Counted from the stretch's first letter, positions 14,099 to 28,379 are shown. The stretch: DNA of 64,000 bases from the human T2T-CHM13v2.0 reference genome, Homo sapiens (GCF_009914755.1 NC_060925.1), one strand, 5' to 3'. The notes: a model not told the origin generated them from the letters alone. A program made the numbers and translations.

Positions 14099-15629
14099 CA
14101 ATGGAAGCAACAACTTATTTAGAGTGGCTGCTGTGAAGACACCAGCTGCAGAATGGGAGTGGGGCAGGAACCACTGGGGAAGGAGCTGCATGCTCCCAGG
14201 CACAGCTGCAGCCACCCAGCCACAGCTCCAGATCCTGGAATCCCTGTGATCTTGGGCTCAGGATGCTCCCCCTCCTCCTGCATGCTCAGTAGTGCCTGCT
14301 TTCACTCCTTGGCCTCTCCATGCTCCTGGCACTCTCTCCAGTGCAGAACAAAGTAGTAGCCAAGCCCAGGTTCTGTCATGACCTGGCTGGGCGTGCACAT
14401 GCTTGGGGTAGTGCTGACCACTACAGCCCCCTGCTGCCTTGACCCCCTCTGGGCTTTGAGGACTGATGAGCATGGGAGGTTGGCCAGAGAGGGGGCTGAG
14501 GGCCACTCAGCATGGGCCTCCAGGCACCCCTCAGCATGAACAGCCTGAACACTGCAGATGGCATGTTGACGACAGGAGGCAGACAGGTTCCTGGGCAGAA
14601 AGGGGCAGGTCCCTGATAAAACCCCACCTTCAAGCCAGGAACAGCCAGAAGCCTGTGGGCCAGGCTTCTCATTCTGGATGGAGTCCATGGCCTGAAGTGA
14701 AAACTTATGGTGCTTTTTCCAGGCCTGCCCATGGACCAATCAGCATGTACTTCCTCCCTTCTGAGCCCATAAAAACCCTGTACTCAGCCAGACTCACACA
14801 CACCTCAGGACAACCAGCTGTGGGAAGGTGCTACCCACTTCAGGTTTCTTCAACTTGTTGGAATGACTTGCCTGTGGGGAAGGAGCTACCCACTACAGGT
14901 TCATCACTGCTGAGAGCTGGACATTCATCAAGATGACCTGCCTGTGGGAAGGAGATGCCCACTTTGGGTCTCCTGAGAGCTAGTCTATCACTCAGTGAAG
15001 CTGCTGTCTATCTTTCTCACCCTCTCGTGGTCTACATACCTCATTCATCCTGGACGTGGGACAAGAACTTGGGACCCACTGAATGGCAGGACTGAAAGAG
15101 ATGTAACACAAACAGGGCTGAAACATGACCCCAACTTGCCACACTGTGGGTGATGAGAAGGATAGAAGGGCTGTGACCCTTTGAGGACCCCAGTCCTAGG
15201 GAATCCCAGAGCCAAGGCTGTGACATCCTCTTTAGGGCTCTATAGTTTCTGGCATCTCCAGGCTTTCAGGCATGACTGTGTTCCTTGGTGCCCACAGCAG
15301 AAGCTGCTTGTGTTACCCGTGATCCAGCCACAGCCTCGCATGGAGTCAGTGCCTGTACTAGTGCTTGTAGCTGCCCACCCCACCCCTGCTGGAACACATG
15401 GCTGTGCACAGTGGCTGGACCCCACACCCACTCACATACCCCTCACCACTCTGCACCTGGCTCACCCTTGGCAGGTATCGGATCCAGGCCAGTAGTGCGA
15501 GCTGAGCACCGTGGGCTGGGTCAAGTAAATGGAATGAGCCCAGCGAGCCTGAGCAAAACTCAGGCACTAAGATGCCACTGCTACATAGGTTTCCAGGTGA
15601 AAAATTGATGCTCTAAGCATCCCGTGACA
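14099..15629 (+). mobile_element. MER52 3' LTR (~1.5 kb, complete)
   Basis: GC-rich; three internal ctgtggg(g)aagg..cccact repeats at ~14818-14963; ends atcccgtgaca followed by TSD CAAG. Confidence 0.85.
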
Positions 15630-17066
15630 CAAGACCATCAAAATAATTAACTAGCTAAATTTACCTTTGTATTACAAATGATTGAAGTATGAATGAATGC
15701 CTGGTCTATCATGGAGAATGCAGAGGGGGATGACAGAATACCCTGAGTCGAATTGCTGCAATGATTACTGAAATAAATTCATGTTACCACATTTTCAGGT
15801 AGTTGTTGATTAAATTAAATAATATGCGTAGGGTGACTCATGTATGAATTGGCACCTAGAAATTCTGTGTATAGTAGAAAAGTGTTTTTTTATAAGAAAT
15901 ATAAAAGTCATTCATTTCTGAAATGGTACAAATATTTTGTTTTATAAAATCTGAGAAAGTGATCTTGATATTCTATTTGTATAATGAAACATAAAAGAGA
16001 TTCCAAGTCTGAAGAGCTAATAATTAATTTGGTTCTTTTCTTTCTGGAAGTGTAGAAAGCAAGGAGTTTATAATACAATATTTAATTAACTTGCATTTTA
16101 TTTCCGCTTTTTCTCAAGTTTAAGTCATATCTGTAAATTTTCTTGAAACTGTATAAAAAGTATTATTTTGCAACTTATAGAAAACTTTGTGTAGTACTCT
16201 TTGTGTAGGAAATCTAATTTCTCAAGGAAAAACAAATAGCCCTTGTACTACATTTTTTAAATATCATGTACTTTAAACACTGATACACAAAATGATTACA
16301 TACATTCAAAAAATATTTTTTTCTATGTCTCCAGATGATCAGTAGGGAGTTAAATGCAATAATGCTTTTTGACATCATATATTTACTTTATGACAAAAAT
16401 TTATACTTTTACATAAATATATATGCATGTGTCTTGTAGTTAATGCCAAAATAAATTCACAATATTACCACTTTTTCAAATTGGTGTTGATTAACTGATT
16501 AACTTGAAGAATATATTTAAGGTGATAAATATATGTGTAAATTAGTGTATTTAAAATGTCCCCTAAATAAAGAATTCATTTTAAGTAACCTGAAATCTAA
16601 AGCAGAAGTTAGATGAATATTATATTTTAAAATATATTTTCTCCAATAAATAAATAAAAAGAGGCTTTGATTCAAGATAAACAAAAAGCATATATGATGT
16701 ACATTCTCAAGTGTCATGGTTGACATTCTCAGCTTTATCTTTCCAGTAATATTAAGATATACACTTTTTAATATTTTACATTGACATTGCTCATCAATTG
16801 GCAGCAGTTTATGAATTCAGAGTCATTTATATTAATGCTATTGGCAGTTTAGTACACATTAATAGGAATAGTTTAGATAAATTGTGGTTATGGAATAATT
16901 ATTAACTTTACATTTTTTCCTTTAGCCCTGAATTTTTTGCAAATTTGGCATAATTTAAAAATCACACATACGACACCCACACTTCCACTGCAATAGTTAA
17001 GAGAAGTGATTATGTAGCATAGTATATTCCAAATTATGGAATGTTAACAGAAAACATGTTAACAGA

Positions 17067-17491
17067 TGCTACAGGTTAAATTGTGCCCTCACAAAAATAT
17101 ATATCTTAAAGCACCATAGCTTGGAAACCCAGAATATGACTTTGTTTGGAAATAAGTTATTTATTAATATAATCAGGCAAAAATGAGGGCATTAGAGTGA
17201 GCCATTTTCCAACATGACTGATGTCATTTTTTAAAAAAAAGGAAATTTGAAAACGTATGAAGAAAGAGACAAACATTGGAGTTATGCTGCCAACAACCAA
17301 GGAACATCTGGGGCTACAAAAAGCTGGAAGAGGCAAGGATGGACCTTTCTCTACAAGTTTCAGAAGGAGCACGGCCCAGTCCACACCTTGATTTCAGATT
17401 TCTAGCCTTCAGAACTGTGAGACAATATATTTCTGTTGTTGAAAGCCACTCCATTTGTGGTATTTTGTTATGGCCCTAGAAAACTAATACA
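17067..17491 (+). mobile_element. MLT1 (B/C-like) solo LTR
   Basis: tgctacaggttaaattgtg start, agctggaagaggcaagga, cttcagaactgtgaga, aaactaataca end; flanks acaga/ataga. Confidence 0.85.
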
Positions 17492-17681
17492 ATAGATATT
17501 AAGGTGAGAAAAATAGTTTCATTGCAAAATAATTTCTCCACAGCAAGTTCTAAGAGTGAACATACTTTTAAATGCAGCTAAATAAAAATGAAGAATGTCT
17601 CAGTGACTTTACTGTATTAATGGCTATCTTGATGCTCCTAGAGGAGAATTGTAACATAAAATATTTTCATTTCTTAATTAG

Positions 17682-17870
17682 TTTTGTTTGTTAGTTTTTG
17701 TTTTTTTAGATACAGAGCACTCTCCTGTTGCCCCAGATGGAAGGTAATGGTGCAATCATGCGCAATCACACCTCACTGCAGCCTCAACTTTCTGGGATCC
17801 AGTGATCCTCCTGCCTCAGCCTCCCATGTAGCTGGGAACACAGATTTGCACCACAGCACCAGGCTAATAT
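17682..17870 (-). mobile_element. Old Alu right-arm monomer (AluJ/FRAM-like)
   Basis: ctcactgcagcctcaac...gatcctcctgcctcagcctccc; only one arm present. Confidence 0.8.
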
Positions 17871-18929
17871 AAAAATATTTGTTAGTGGAACAAAACATTT
17901 TCCATACTGGTCATGTCACATAACTACTACTCAATGGAAGCTAATTTGGGAAATGCAGAATGTCAAAATTAAAATAATTACCATAATACCTAGAAAATTC
18001 AAAGCAACTTCTTATTTTCCTCCAGGCAAAGAGGCAATATACTTTTTGATTCTGCTTTATTTTTTGACCTTAAAATAAATTTTTACTAAAAGCTCTTTAA
18101 ATGCCAGTTGTGCTCTTGAGGATGAATCTCAGCTTGTGAATTTTTTGTTACAAGCAGTTTACAAAACCAGATGTTCAGATTGTTAAGAACAGCTGTAAAA
18201 ACATAATACTACATTCGTTTCAAGAATTCTTCTGCTAGGTAAACATAAAACAATAACAAATGCAACAATACAGATATCTGGTCAGACAGGTTTCATAATA
18301 AACATGAATTTCTCCTTGAATTTTTTGTGGAATGAGCAAGATGTATTTGAAACACTGAAACTTAGTTACAAATTGTAATTGCTTAAAAAATTATACTTAT
18401 GCCTTCATAATGCATTGAACACTAATGTGCATCACTAGATATTCAAATTTAAGCAGACATTCTAGGTTTATTTTGTCCTTTACATTGTTGGCTCTGTCAG
18501 AAGTGTTACTTCTTTATCAAATCCATTTCCTCTTCTAACTAGACAGGTGGCTAAATGTAGCCATCTGATTGAGTGCTAGCTCATGGAATATGACTGGAGA
18601 ATTTGAAAACCAATTCAAGGATAAGCCCTTAAAAGTGTTCCCAGAATGCTCTTATAATGAACACAACTCCCAAGATGATTTTGAAAACTGTATATGAAAA
18701 TGGTTGATTCATGCTGTAGAAGGAGTCAGAATCCTTGAATCATCATTTAAGGAAGAACTGTTGACATGGAACACATGTATCAAACTACTACTTACGCAAA
18801 GTTAATCTGCTAACAACTTAGGTATATCTAGTGTAGCAGCTGATGTTACCATATTTAAAACTTTTGTCATTTTTTTCTTGACAAATTGAGACCTGCTTAA
18901 AATTTTGAGTTTTGTTTGTGAATTCACTT

Positions 18930-19588
18930 TTCAAAAATTTGTTTAATAAAACTTATTGAACACTTACCATGAGCCAGATAAATGCCTGTACATAAAGCAA
19001 TAAACAAAAGACAAAAAAGTAATCCTAAAGTTTTCACTGATTCACAGGTGTTTGTCAGATATGTTTCAGTGATAGAACAAGGAAAATAAGTATAAAAACA
19101 TATAGTGATTAAGGGCTATAAAATATACTAGAAAAAATAAAATAATTACAGTGGAAACAATATATTGGGAGGAAATATAGTTTCAAATAGATTGACCATG
19201 GAAAGTCTCATTGAAAACATGGAGTTGGGGGGAAACCATTTGAATATCTTGAGCACAAATTTTTGTAAAAAGTTAATACCAGGGGCAAAGTTCCTAAGGA
19301 GAGTGAATGTCTGATACGTTCAATGATTAGCACAGGTGTATGGAGAGGGGAAACAGTAAGTTATCGTGACAGCAGTTAATAAATGAGAGAAAGAAAATGA
19401 ACTGGAAACATACCAGGAACCCATAGGCCATTGTAGGTTTAGGGCCATGGCTTGTACTCTGAAGAAAATAGAGAACAATAAGAATGTTTGAAAAGAAAAA
19501 TTCATATATATACTATCTGACAATATTAAATATATTGACTGCTTTGCTGAGGTTAATGCCAATAGGGTAAGCATATAAGAGGGGAAGC

Positions 19589-19636
<48 letters not shown>

Positions 19637-20060
19637 TCTAGTGAAATGTTCAAGGAGGAGATGTTTGTTGGTGACTTGGGCCATAATCTTAACAGTGGTT
19701 TAATCGTCAAATTTTGGTTATATTTTGAAGGTGAAAAGAATAAGATTTTCTTATATTTCAGATGATATGGTATAGGCAAAAAAAGGAGTCCTATATAACT
19801 ACAAAAATTTGCCTGAGTAATTGAATGATGGACTTTCCATTTTCTAAATAAATCAAACTTACGGAAAGTCAAATTTGATGGAAGATTGTGAGTTTTCTGT
19901 CATTTATAAGACATCCCAATGGTAGAGTAGAAGGCATTTGGAAACAGGAATTGCTGTTCAGAGGAAAAGTTGGAGCTGGAGATATAAATGTGCAAGATTT
20001 TAGTGCATAGAGATATTTAAAAACGTGATTGAGGCATGGGCAGCAAGTTTTAAGTGCAAA
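18930..20060 (-). mobile_element. L2 3' segment (boundaries approximate)
   Basis: cttattgaacacttaccatgagccag antisense L2 tail and L2-like purine-rich body (gagctggagatataaat). Confidence 0.65.
19592..19633. repeat. (AT)21 microsatellite
   Basis: Perfect dinucleotide run. Confidence 0.97.
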
Positions 20061-20251
20061 ATTAGGAGGCTATGGTGTAGTCAATATACCTGGAATATTT
20101 GACACCTGGAGTGGATAATTTTTTAACACTCATTTCTTTACACGACAAAATTATTTTTAGTATGAATTATGAAATGAAGAAAAAAATAATTATGGCCAGA
20201 CATTGAAAGTACAGACAGTTAATTTTTTTATTTTGTTAAATGTAAAATATA

Positions 20252-20632
20252 TGTTACGGGTTGAATTGTACTCCTCATCTCCATCTGACACACAATATAT
20301 ATTGAGTCCTAACCCCCAGTTCCTCAGAATGTGACATTTTTCAGAGATACAGTATCTACAGAGTTAATCAAGTTAGAATGAGTTAATTATAGTGGGCCAT
20401 AATTCAATGTAACTGGTATTATTATAAAATGAGAAAATTTGACAAAAGAGATGTATACACATTGAAGGTAGATAATGTGAAAAGCCCGGAGAGAAGACAG
20501 CCACCAAAAGCCAAAAAAAAAAAAAAAAAAAAAAGTTCTGGAATAGAAGGAACCCACTTTGTTGACACCTTAATTTTGGACTTTCAGCTTCCAGAACTGT
20601 CAGACAATACATTTCTGTTTTTTAAGCCAGTC
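20252..20632 (+). mobile_element. MLT1B-like LTR, 3' end missing, with internal A22 run
   Basis: tgttacgggttgaattgt start, cctcagaatgtgac, ttggactttcagcttccagaactgt. Confidence 0.8.
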
Positions 20633-22234
20633 AATTTCAACAAAAAATAAAATATAAAAATAATTTCATAGTGCAAATAATGAATTAGTATGTTGCCACA
20701 CTAATCTGTAATAAAATTGCAGTTTCTAATCTCATTATTTTTAAAACAAGCAACAGCTAAAACAATACTAAATTGCCATTTAAAAATATAATTCCAATTC
20801 AATAGAATATTTCACGTATGCCCTACAGCATACAGCAAACAAAAACATTACACATTGCAGTTCACTCTGTATTTATTTGTGTATTCCATACACAAAGAAA
20901 AAATCCAAGTTAACACAGAATGACAGAATTGGACCAAGTCGTAATCTGTCCATCTTTATAGTCCCTGGTGCATCACTCTTATTTGAACCCATTGTTCAAG
21001 TGCTGGATCCACAGGGATTGGAGATAGAAACCACTTTGGAAAGGAGCTTAAGCAATTGCAAATCGTCACAAAAGTACTCTGAGAAGGAGAGCTTCCAGCT
21101 GATTCTGTGTGGATCAAAGGCTAAAAAAGTGCTACCATGAAGATTAAATATAAATTATCAAAATTTTACAGCAACTACAATTCCTGAAAAAAAAAAATAA
21201 CAAAAACGCATATTTTCCCCTAGGAAATAGTATTGCCAGCTAATGGTGACAATAAAAACAAAGCATTTTAGTAAGTCATGTTATCATTTTCCACTTCTCT
21301 ATAGACAATGAATAAACTTTTTGACTGCACTTGGGGCAAACACCCTACTCTTGGAAACAATAGGTGATGTGTTATGAAAGTCAAATGTAGAGATTATTTT
21401 AAAGAGGAGATAGCAGTCAACTATTCTCATGAGTCCTGCTGATGGTTACTTAAAATGAGCTCCAAGGTGAGCTCTGAGAATTAACAACTGTAGCTGACAA
21501 CGATGATGTTATTGATGTCCTTGATGCCGGCAGGTTAAGCTGATGGGGTGTTGAGGAAAGTTTGACCAAAGACGTTCAAGAGAGTGCAAAGAAAAGGAAT
21601 TGCCTCTGTAAGCATCAGCAACTTCTGAGGAGTACTTACTCTAGAGGGAAGAAAATAAATTAATAGAAAGAGAAAATGTAGAGTGGGGAAATCGTTTTTT
21701 AAAATAAGAAAAAGAACATGTTTCCATGTCTGTAAGAAGTCATTCATTAGGGAAACATAAAGAAAGAGGAATAAATACAACAGGAGAAGAAGAATGAGCA
21801 AAATGATAGATTAATTGGTTGGTCTCTTGGACAATGGGGTGGATTGAGTTAGCAGAGCTGGGTTTAACAAAAGTGGGCTTTTACCAATATAGGTAATTAC
21901 ATAAAAGATGTAGGGTTTTCAGACTGTGTTCTTGAAAAGTGGACATAAGGGGAGTAGAGAAAAGGAAAAAGTAGTGGAATCCACAAATAAATGAATGGTG
22001 TACACATTTAGACTTGTTTAAAATATTTTTATAAACTTCAAGATTAAAATAGTGATGGAGGTAAATCTCTATAAATTAGAGAACACATAGAAATAAAAGT
22101 ATGTAGTTTATTTCCTGTAGCAACATTTTTATGTGGGAAAAAGTTACTATTAAAATTGTGAAATGAAGTCAACTTTAAATTATGGAGGAAAAGCTTATTC
22201 TCTTTTTAAGAAGCATTCAAAAGCAAATTCCATT

Positions 22235-22690
22235 AATGTATTTATTTAATTATATATTACTTAATTAATATAAGCCTGCTGCATTTTAGCAAGTATGCTA
22301 TACATTGGAGACAAAAAGACAATTGAGACACTGTTATGACATGTTAAATAAATAATTAGTCTTACATTTCAAGTAAAAAGTGCTAGGATAACAGACTACA
22401 CTAGGTGGTATGAGAGCACAAAGAAGAGACATCTGAATTTATCAGATTATAGCATTTAAAGAAGGACTCCTGGAAAAACTGAAGTGTGGTCCAGTCGAGA
22501 AGGCAAAGAAGGATGAGAATGTCCCAGGAAGAGGAACAGCGTGGGTAAATCCATGATGGTGTGAAAGCATATGGTAAACATGGAGAACAACTTCAGTGTG
22601 AATGGTGGGAGGGACCCCACAGGTGAACATTAGGTCAAGAAGCTAGCCAGCAGAGAGATGTCTCAGACACCATTATGCACAAATTAGAGA
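22235..22690 (-). mobile_element. L2 fragment (approximate)
   Basis: Antisense L2-like motifs, e.g. ccaggaagaggaacagc. Confidence 0.5.
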
Positions 22691-25600
22691 AAATCACTTT
22701 GCATCTTGAAATTATGGATAATGTTTATGCATTTCTTATCTACTGTTACATGGGTCAATACATATAAGAAAGATAAGAAATTATTTCTTCTGAGGGAAGT
22801 ATCACAATCTTCATTTAGTAGATCAAAAATAAAACCTAATGAATGACACAACATATATTTTTTTTCTGAAATTGCAACCAACAAATAGATTATTACTTAA
22901 AAAAATACAATGAGGCCACATACTTTTTTTCATGGCGATTGTAAAGCTTATGAATTTATTGCTAAGGGGATGTAAAATAACCCTCACATTCCTTGATTTC
23001 GCTGATGAAAGGTCAGGATCTGTCAGCGTATTCTCCATCCAGCTGAGAAAGGCAGAATTAAACGTTCCTAATATGTTGGAAATAAAGGCAATGTCTTGAT
23101 TTTACCTGCTAGCAGCCAAAGTCCTTCAGTAGATTGGTGTTTGTCTTCTCCTGGGAAATCACCGAATGCAACTGCCCTCATCAATGTTCCTTTCCTGCTC
23201 CTCTTTCCTACTGCCATGGCTTAGTGACAGGCCTCCTGAAAGATGGTAATGTAACCGGACTGCTACAGAATTAGAGTCCAGGCTGTTTCAGGAAAGCAAT
23301 GTATTTAGTTAGATGTCCTGCCTGCTGCAGTAAAATAACTTAGAAACAAAACACTGATGTTATGGGAAACACTCAAAATTGATAGGCCAAAAAGCCAAGA
23401 TGTTATAACTTTGCTAACATAATATTCTTTCATTAAAAAGACAAGAATATGAAAATATTGCTAATATTTCTTTAAAATGAAATATACGATGACTCTAATA
23501 ATTTATCTTATATAAATTGTTGCAATCTATATTTTGGTCTTTTAAAATTGATATTATTTTTACTGTAATAATCAGTACAATACTAGGTAAAATGCACAAG
23601 ATATAATGGAACAAAAAAGCACCCTAAAAACAACCCTGACTTTTAAGAACATGAATTTATTAAAAGGTTATGAGTTCAATGAGTGAGAGAATCTGAAATG
23701 CTAAATTGCTCCTGATGACTAATTTTATTCATATGCATGCTTCAACCATAAATCATGCTCATTAGATATTAAAAATACATAAATAAATAAAGACACTTTA
23801 TAATGAATTCCACTTTGTTCTCTTTGGTTTTGTTTCAAATCTGTATGGAAGTCCTGGAAATCTTTGTCTGATCATTTGTCTGTCCACATTCGTGCATCTG
23901 AAACCCAAACCCTGGGAATGACTAAAAAGTCTCTCCCTCTGAAAATATTTCATAGATAAATGATGTATATGAGAAAGTAAAGACAATAGACTGGGTCACC
24001 TTATACCTTTAAATACTTCTCAATTCTCATATATTCACTCTGTAGACTCAGTGCTTGCATTTCCTATGGGTATCCTTTTTTTTTTTTTCCTTTTGTCAGT
24101 ACTTGGAGAATTACCCTGAGGATCTCTCAGGAAGTCAGAAATGTAAATATAAGTTGAAAATATATACATCCTCTAAAGTTATACTGTAAAAATAATACAT
24201 TAGTGTCTAAGAAAAGTTTTCCTTAAGAAGCTATCTCTCAGGATTATGAAAATTGACCATATACTTGTTGGATTTACGTAACTCATGTGAAAAACAGTAG
24301 TGAAAAGGGGAGAGGTTGGGCAAGTTGATCAACTTTGGACCTATAGAAGGAGAGTAAGTAAAGTAAAAGTTGAAAGTGCTCAACTAAGGCCTGTGGGGGT
24401 GTGTGGGGTGGGGGGGCGGGCAGGAGCCAAAGCTGACGGAAAGAACAGACTAGGGCCACTGTTGATGGTATGGCTCTGAGTGGTGGGGTAACATGGGAGG
24501 CTGCGAGCATTTTGAGTACCTCCAGTATGGTTGATTAGGTCAATCCAAAGTTAAATAGTTTACAGGGCTGCCCTATTTAATTTAATTTGTTCTGATAATA
24601 TTCTGACCAAAAAATTTTCTGATTATGCTATATTTCTACATTGATTTAATTCAGTATTTTCATCTATGTGACACATTTATTTAAGACATCTATATAACAC
24701 ATTTATTTAAGACATAAATGCATGCAACTTCTGGTTTTATCTATTATTCTTTTGGAAACACCTGAAATGATTCTATTTCAGCAAGACAATTGTCACTAAA
24801 TTTCCAAAGTTGAAAGGTATACCATGGGTAAGACAAATAACTTCTGTGATAGGATACCTAACATAAGGTAAAATATGGGCTAAAATAAGTAATCAAGGTA
24901 AATAATCCAAATTATAAGTACTCCTTGTAATATTATCCTAGGCTTCTCAGCAAAAACTTCACTGTGTAGGAATCCAGGTATTAAATTTGTATTTAAATGG
25001 ATTGCCTTCAAATCTCATTCAAAAAATGAGGTTTTATGATTATATGGACAGAGAGTAAAAATAAATTATTTTAGTTATGAAAATTTCATTCGAAAATTAT
25101 CAATAAAAGAAAAATATACTTCACAAGAAGTAAAAGATTTTCAACTATCACCAACCAATTGCCCATATAAGATCTTTCTAATAATATTGATGATCAATTA
25201 ATTCAAAATTTTAACATTTGCATATTTTTGGTTTAGATGAATTATGCAACAGATCACACTGATCAATTAATACTTTGGGCATGTCCTTTTTTCAAAGGAT
25301 TTTCAAATTTATAAATAAATGCCAATTCCATTTGTAGCCTAAGAAACTGAATTTATATCAGAAAATTTTAAAATTACTTACATCTGTCAAAGAAAATATT
25401 CCTGCTAGATTATATTATGTTCCAAATTTCTTGGAATTCTGAAACAGACAAATGTTTCTCTTTCTGCTTTATTGGATTATATCACATATATTTAAAATAG
25501 TTGTCTTCAATTTTCTGAAGTAAAGAGCATAAAAGGTGTCAGGAATAAATTTCTTACAAGTTTTTGGAATATACATGCAAATGCTATGAACATTAACAGT

Positions 25601-26286
25601 TTTTGGAACCACTGTTAATGAAAAAAATTAATGATCTTGTGTCTGTTGCAAATGTTTACTGGCTGAATTGTGAAGAGTCTTACAAAGACTCTATTGTTAT
25701 TTCAAAGTCAAGATCATGAAACAAAATAAATGCTTACCAATTATTCAATAATCAAAAACAAAAAGTGACAGTATGGTTGATGTTTTCTCACTGACATCGC
25801 ACTGCACATCAATGAAAAAATTGGAAGCACCAATGAAAATGAAAGGAAAAATTTCTTGTGACCTAGTTAAATAGGTTGAGTTGTGTAAAATAAGAGAAAG
25901 TGTTGAAACTGAAGCGGTACATATAAGGATGTGAGTCTGCATTTTTCTATCATAAGGCAACATTCAAAAGTTTTTTATTTTTTTATTTTTATTTTTTTTA
26001 ATAATCCACAGAGTCATAGGCTTTGCCTGAAAAAGAGAAGAAAAATCTGAAAGGAGCTTTTTAGATATTAATAAAGTTATCATTACTCTTCAATTCAGGC
26101 AATGTTCGTTTCAATTTGATGAAACTAACACCAAGCAAACAAAATAACTAGAGAAGTTGTGCAATTTAAACATCTGTAGATTTTAATGAATATGCTTTTA
26201 TTTGAAAACCAAATTATAATTATAAGGAAACATTGTTTTCTATCAAATGCAGATTTGAAAAACATTATTTTGATACTTGATATACA

Positions 26287-26577
26287 TTTTTTTTTTTTTT
26301 TTTGAGACGGAGTATTGCTCTGTCGCCCAGGCTAGAGTGCAGTGGCCAGATGGCCAGATTACTGCTCACTGCAAGCTCCGTCTCCCGGGTTCACGCCATT
26401 CTCCTGCCTGGCGCCCGCCACCACGCCCGGCTAATTATTTTTTATTTTTTATTTTTTTATACGTATATTTTTAGTAGAGACGGGGTTTCACCGTGTTTTG
26501 ATCTCCTGACCTCGTGATCCGCCCGCCTCGGCCTCGCAGAGTGCTGGGATTACAGGCGTGAGCCACCGCTCCGGGCC
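26287..26577 (-). mobile_element. AluY-like with two internal deletions and an expanded linker
   Basis: gcaagctccg and ttcacgccattctcc diagnostics; CpGs largely intact; acattttt on both flanks. Confidence 0.93.
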
Positions 26578-26629
26578 ACACATTTTTAAAGAAAGATAAT
26601 TTTGAAAAATCATAGTTAGATGAAACTAC

Positions 26630-26930
26630 TTGAACTCTACATTTTATGATATCTATAGCTAGATGTCATATTTGCAATGAAAATTCAGAGCCTAAATTGA
26701 GATATGCTGTAACCACAAAATAAACATTAAATTTTGAAAACTTTATAATGAAAAACACAATGTAATATGTCTCAATATTTTTTATATGTTGAAATAATCA
26801 TTTGTGTATATTGTAATAAATAATGTTAATAAAGTTAATTTTACTTATTTTTGTTTTTACTTTTTACATGTGGCTACTAGAAAAAAATTAAATTATATGA
26901 ATGATTTACATTAAAATTCTGTTAGACAGA
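26630..26930. mobile_element. MER33-like hAT-Charlie DNA transposon fossil
   Basis: aaattgagatatgctgtaa...atgtggctactagaaaa...ctgttagacag resembles MER33/MER3. Confidence 0.6.
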
Positions 26931-27922
26931 ACCGATATACTATTGTTTTAAACCAATTGTGTAAATTTTATATAATGCAGCCAAATTTTTGGCATTTTTG
27001 CAGTTTTTATCTCCAAATAGATTATGAACTCATGAAAGGGATTCACTTCTCCATAAAACTATACATAATTTGCATATTCAAAAAATATTTGTTGAACTGA
27101 TTGGATAATGGATGTGGCTATCAGCAGTAGGAAGAGGGTCAAATTTAATTTTTGATGGAAAACTTTTATCTCTACCAAGTATAGACAATGTCAGGGTGCC
27201 AAACATTTAATGGTTCCATTGCCTTTATACATCAAACAAATATTTATCACAGGTTACTATTTTCCAAATGTTGAACATATTTAAATATTTTTCATTCATA
27301 ATATCATCCCTCAATAAATGTTTCTGTAGTAGAGGAAAGCAACAAATTATCAAGTAGATATAATGCCGTTTGATAAATAATTTTAGGAGCATGAAAAAGG
27401 CACTATTGAATCACTCACACACACCCGCACAAATGAAATCTAATTTATTCTGAGCATAATTAATTGAGAACCCTGGGAATGCCTGATTTAAAGGGAGACA
27501 GAGGAAAATAAATCTATGAAGAAGACAAAGAAGTAGTGGCGTATGAGGATTGAGGAAAACCAGATGGTGTAAAGAAAGCCGAGTGAAGAAAGTGTTTAAG
27601 TGAGAACTGACAAGATATACATGGATAAAGCTAGGGCAATTATAAGAATTACAATATTCTCAATAAAATTAATAGCAATGAGAATCATGTATGTTACTGG
27701 AAACGTTTGCATAAAATGATAGGGACAGAGCTAGATGGCAGTAGACTGAGGATAAAGAAAGAAGAAGTATAAACATGTGGACAATTTGTAAGGATAACTT
27801 AGTCAACAAACAATACAAAATAACATGAAGGAGAGAAAGAGTACTAGTTAGGATGCAGCAAGAGGTTGAGAAGACTTTCTTAAGTTAGAAGCATTTAACC
27901 TGTGAAGCAATGTCAGCAAAAT

Positions 27923-27925
<3 letters not shown>

Positions 27926-27958
<33 letters not shown>
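27926..27958 (+). repeat. A33 homopolymer
   Basis: Perfect run with no recognisable young SINE/LINE body upstream. Confidence 0.95.
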
Positions 27959-27959
<1 letters not shown>

Positions 27960-28379
27960 AGAAATGAAGAGAAAAAAATGTGGGACAGAATTCCTGAAAT
28001 TTTTGAATATTTTGATATATAGGCATTCAGGTCAGAGGAGGAAATGGCAGGGGGGAGACATAAATAAGAGAGTTCACAAGTAGATGATATTTGGATTTAT
28101 AAGACTTCTGTAGTGAATGAAGAAAGAATAAGATTACAGAGGGACCGAGACCAAGAAGGGAGTACCTCTAAAGCACTGCAGCATAGGATAAATCAACAAA
28201 GAAGAGTGCATAAAACATCTAATGAAATACGAAAATAATCAGGATACTGTGGACTAACGGAAGTCAGCAAATAGTTTTAACAGGAGAGTAAACACAGCTG
28301 AAAAGATAATTATTGCATTGGAATGTATATTAAAAGACAAGAAGAAAAAAGTAAACACAGAAGAGAGGGAAAGATACAT

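Noticed and set aside
14818-14963. Three spaced ~25-bp direct repeats superficially like a CRISPR array
   Set aside because: Degenerate internal repeats of the MER52 LTR; spacers are also similar to each other; eukaryotic context with no cas genes
22980-23340. Non-repetitive, moderately GC-richer stretch that could be an exon or conserved element
   Set aside because: No convincing splice-site pair, ORF or motif; cannot be supported without conservation or expression data
24448-24462. 15-bp identity gactagggccactgt with ~35315-35329
   Set aside because: An isolated 15-mer match is expected by chance in a 64-kb self-comparison and does not extend
24661-24715. 26-bp tandem duplication (similar ones at ~218-271 and 56141-56200)
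   Set aside because: Ordinary short tandem duplications with no further structure
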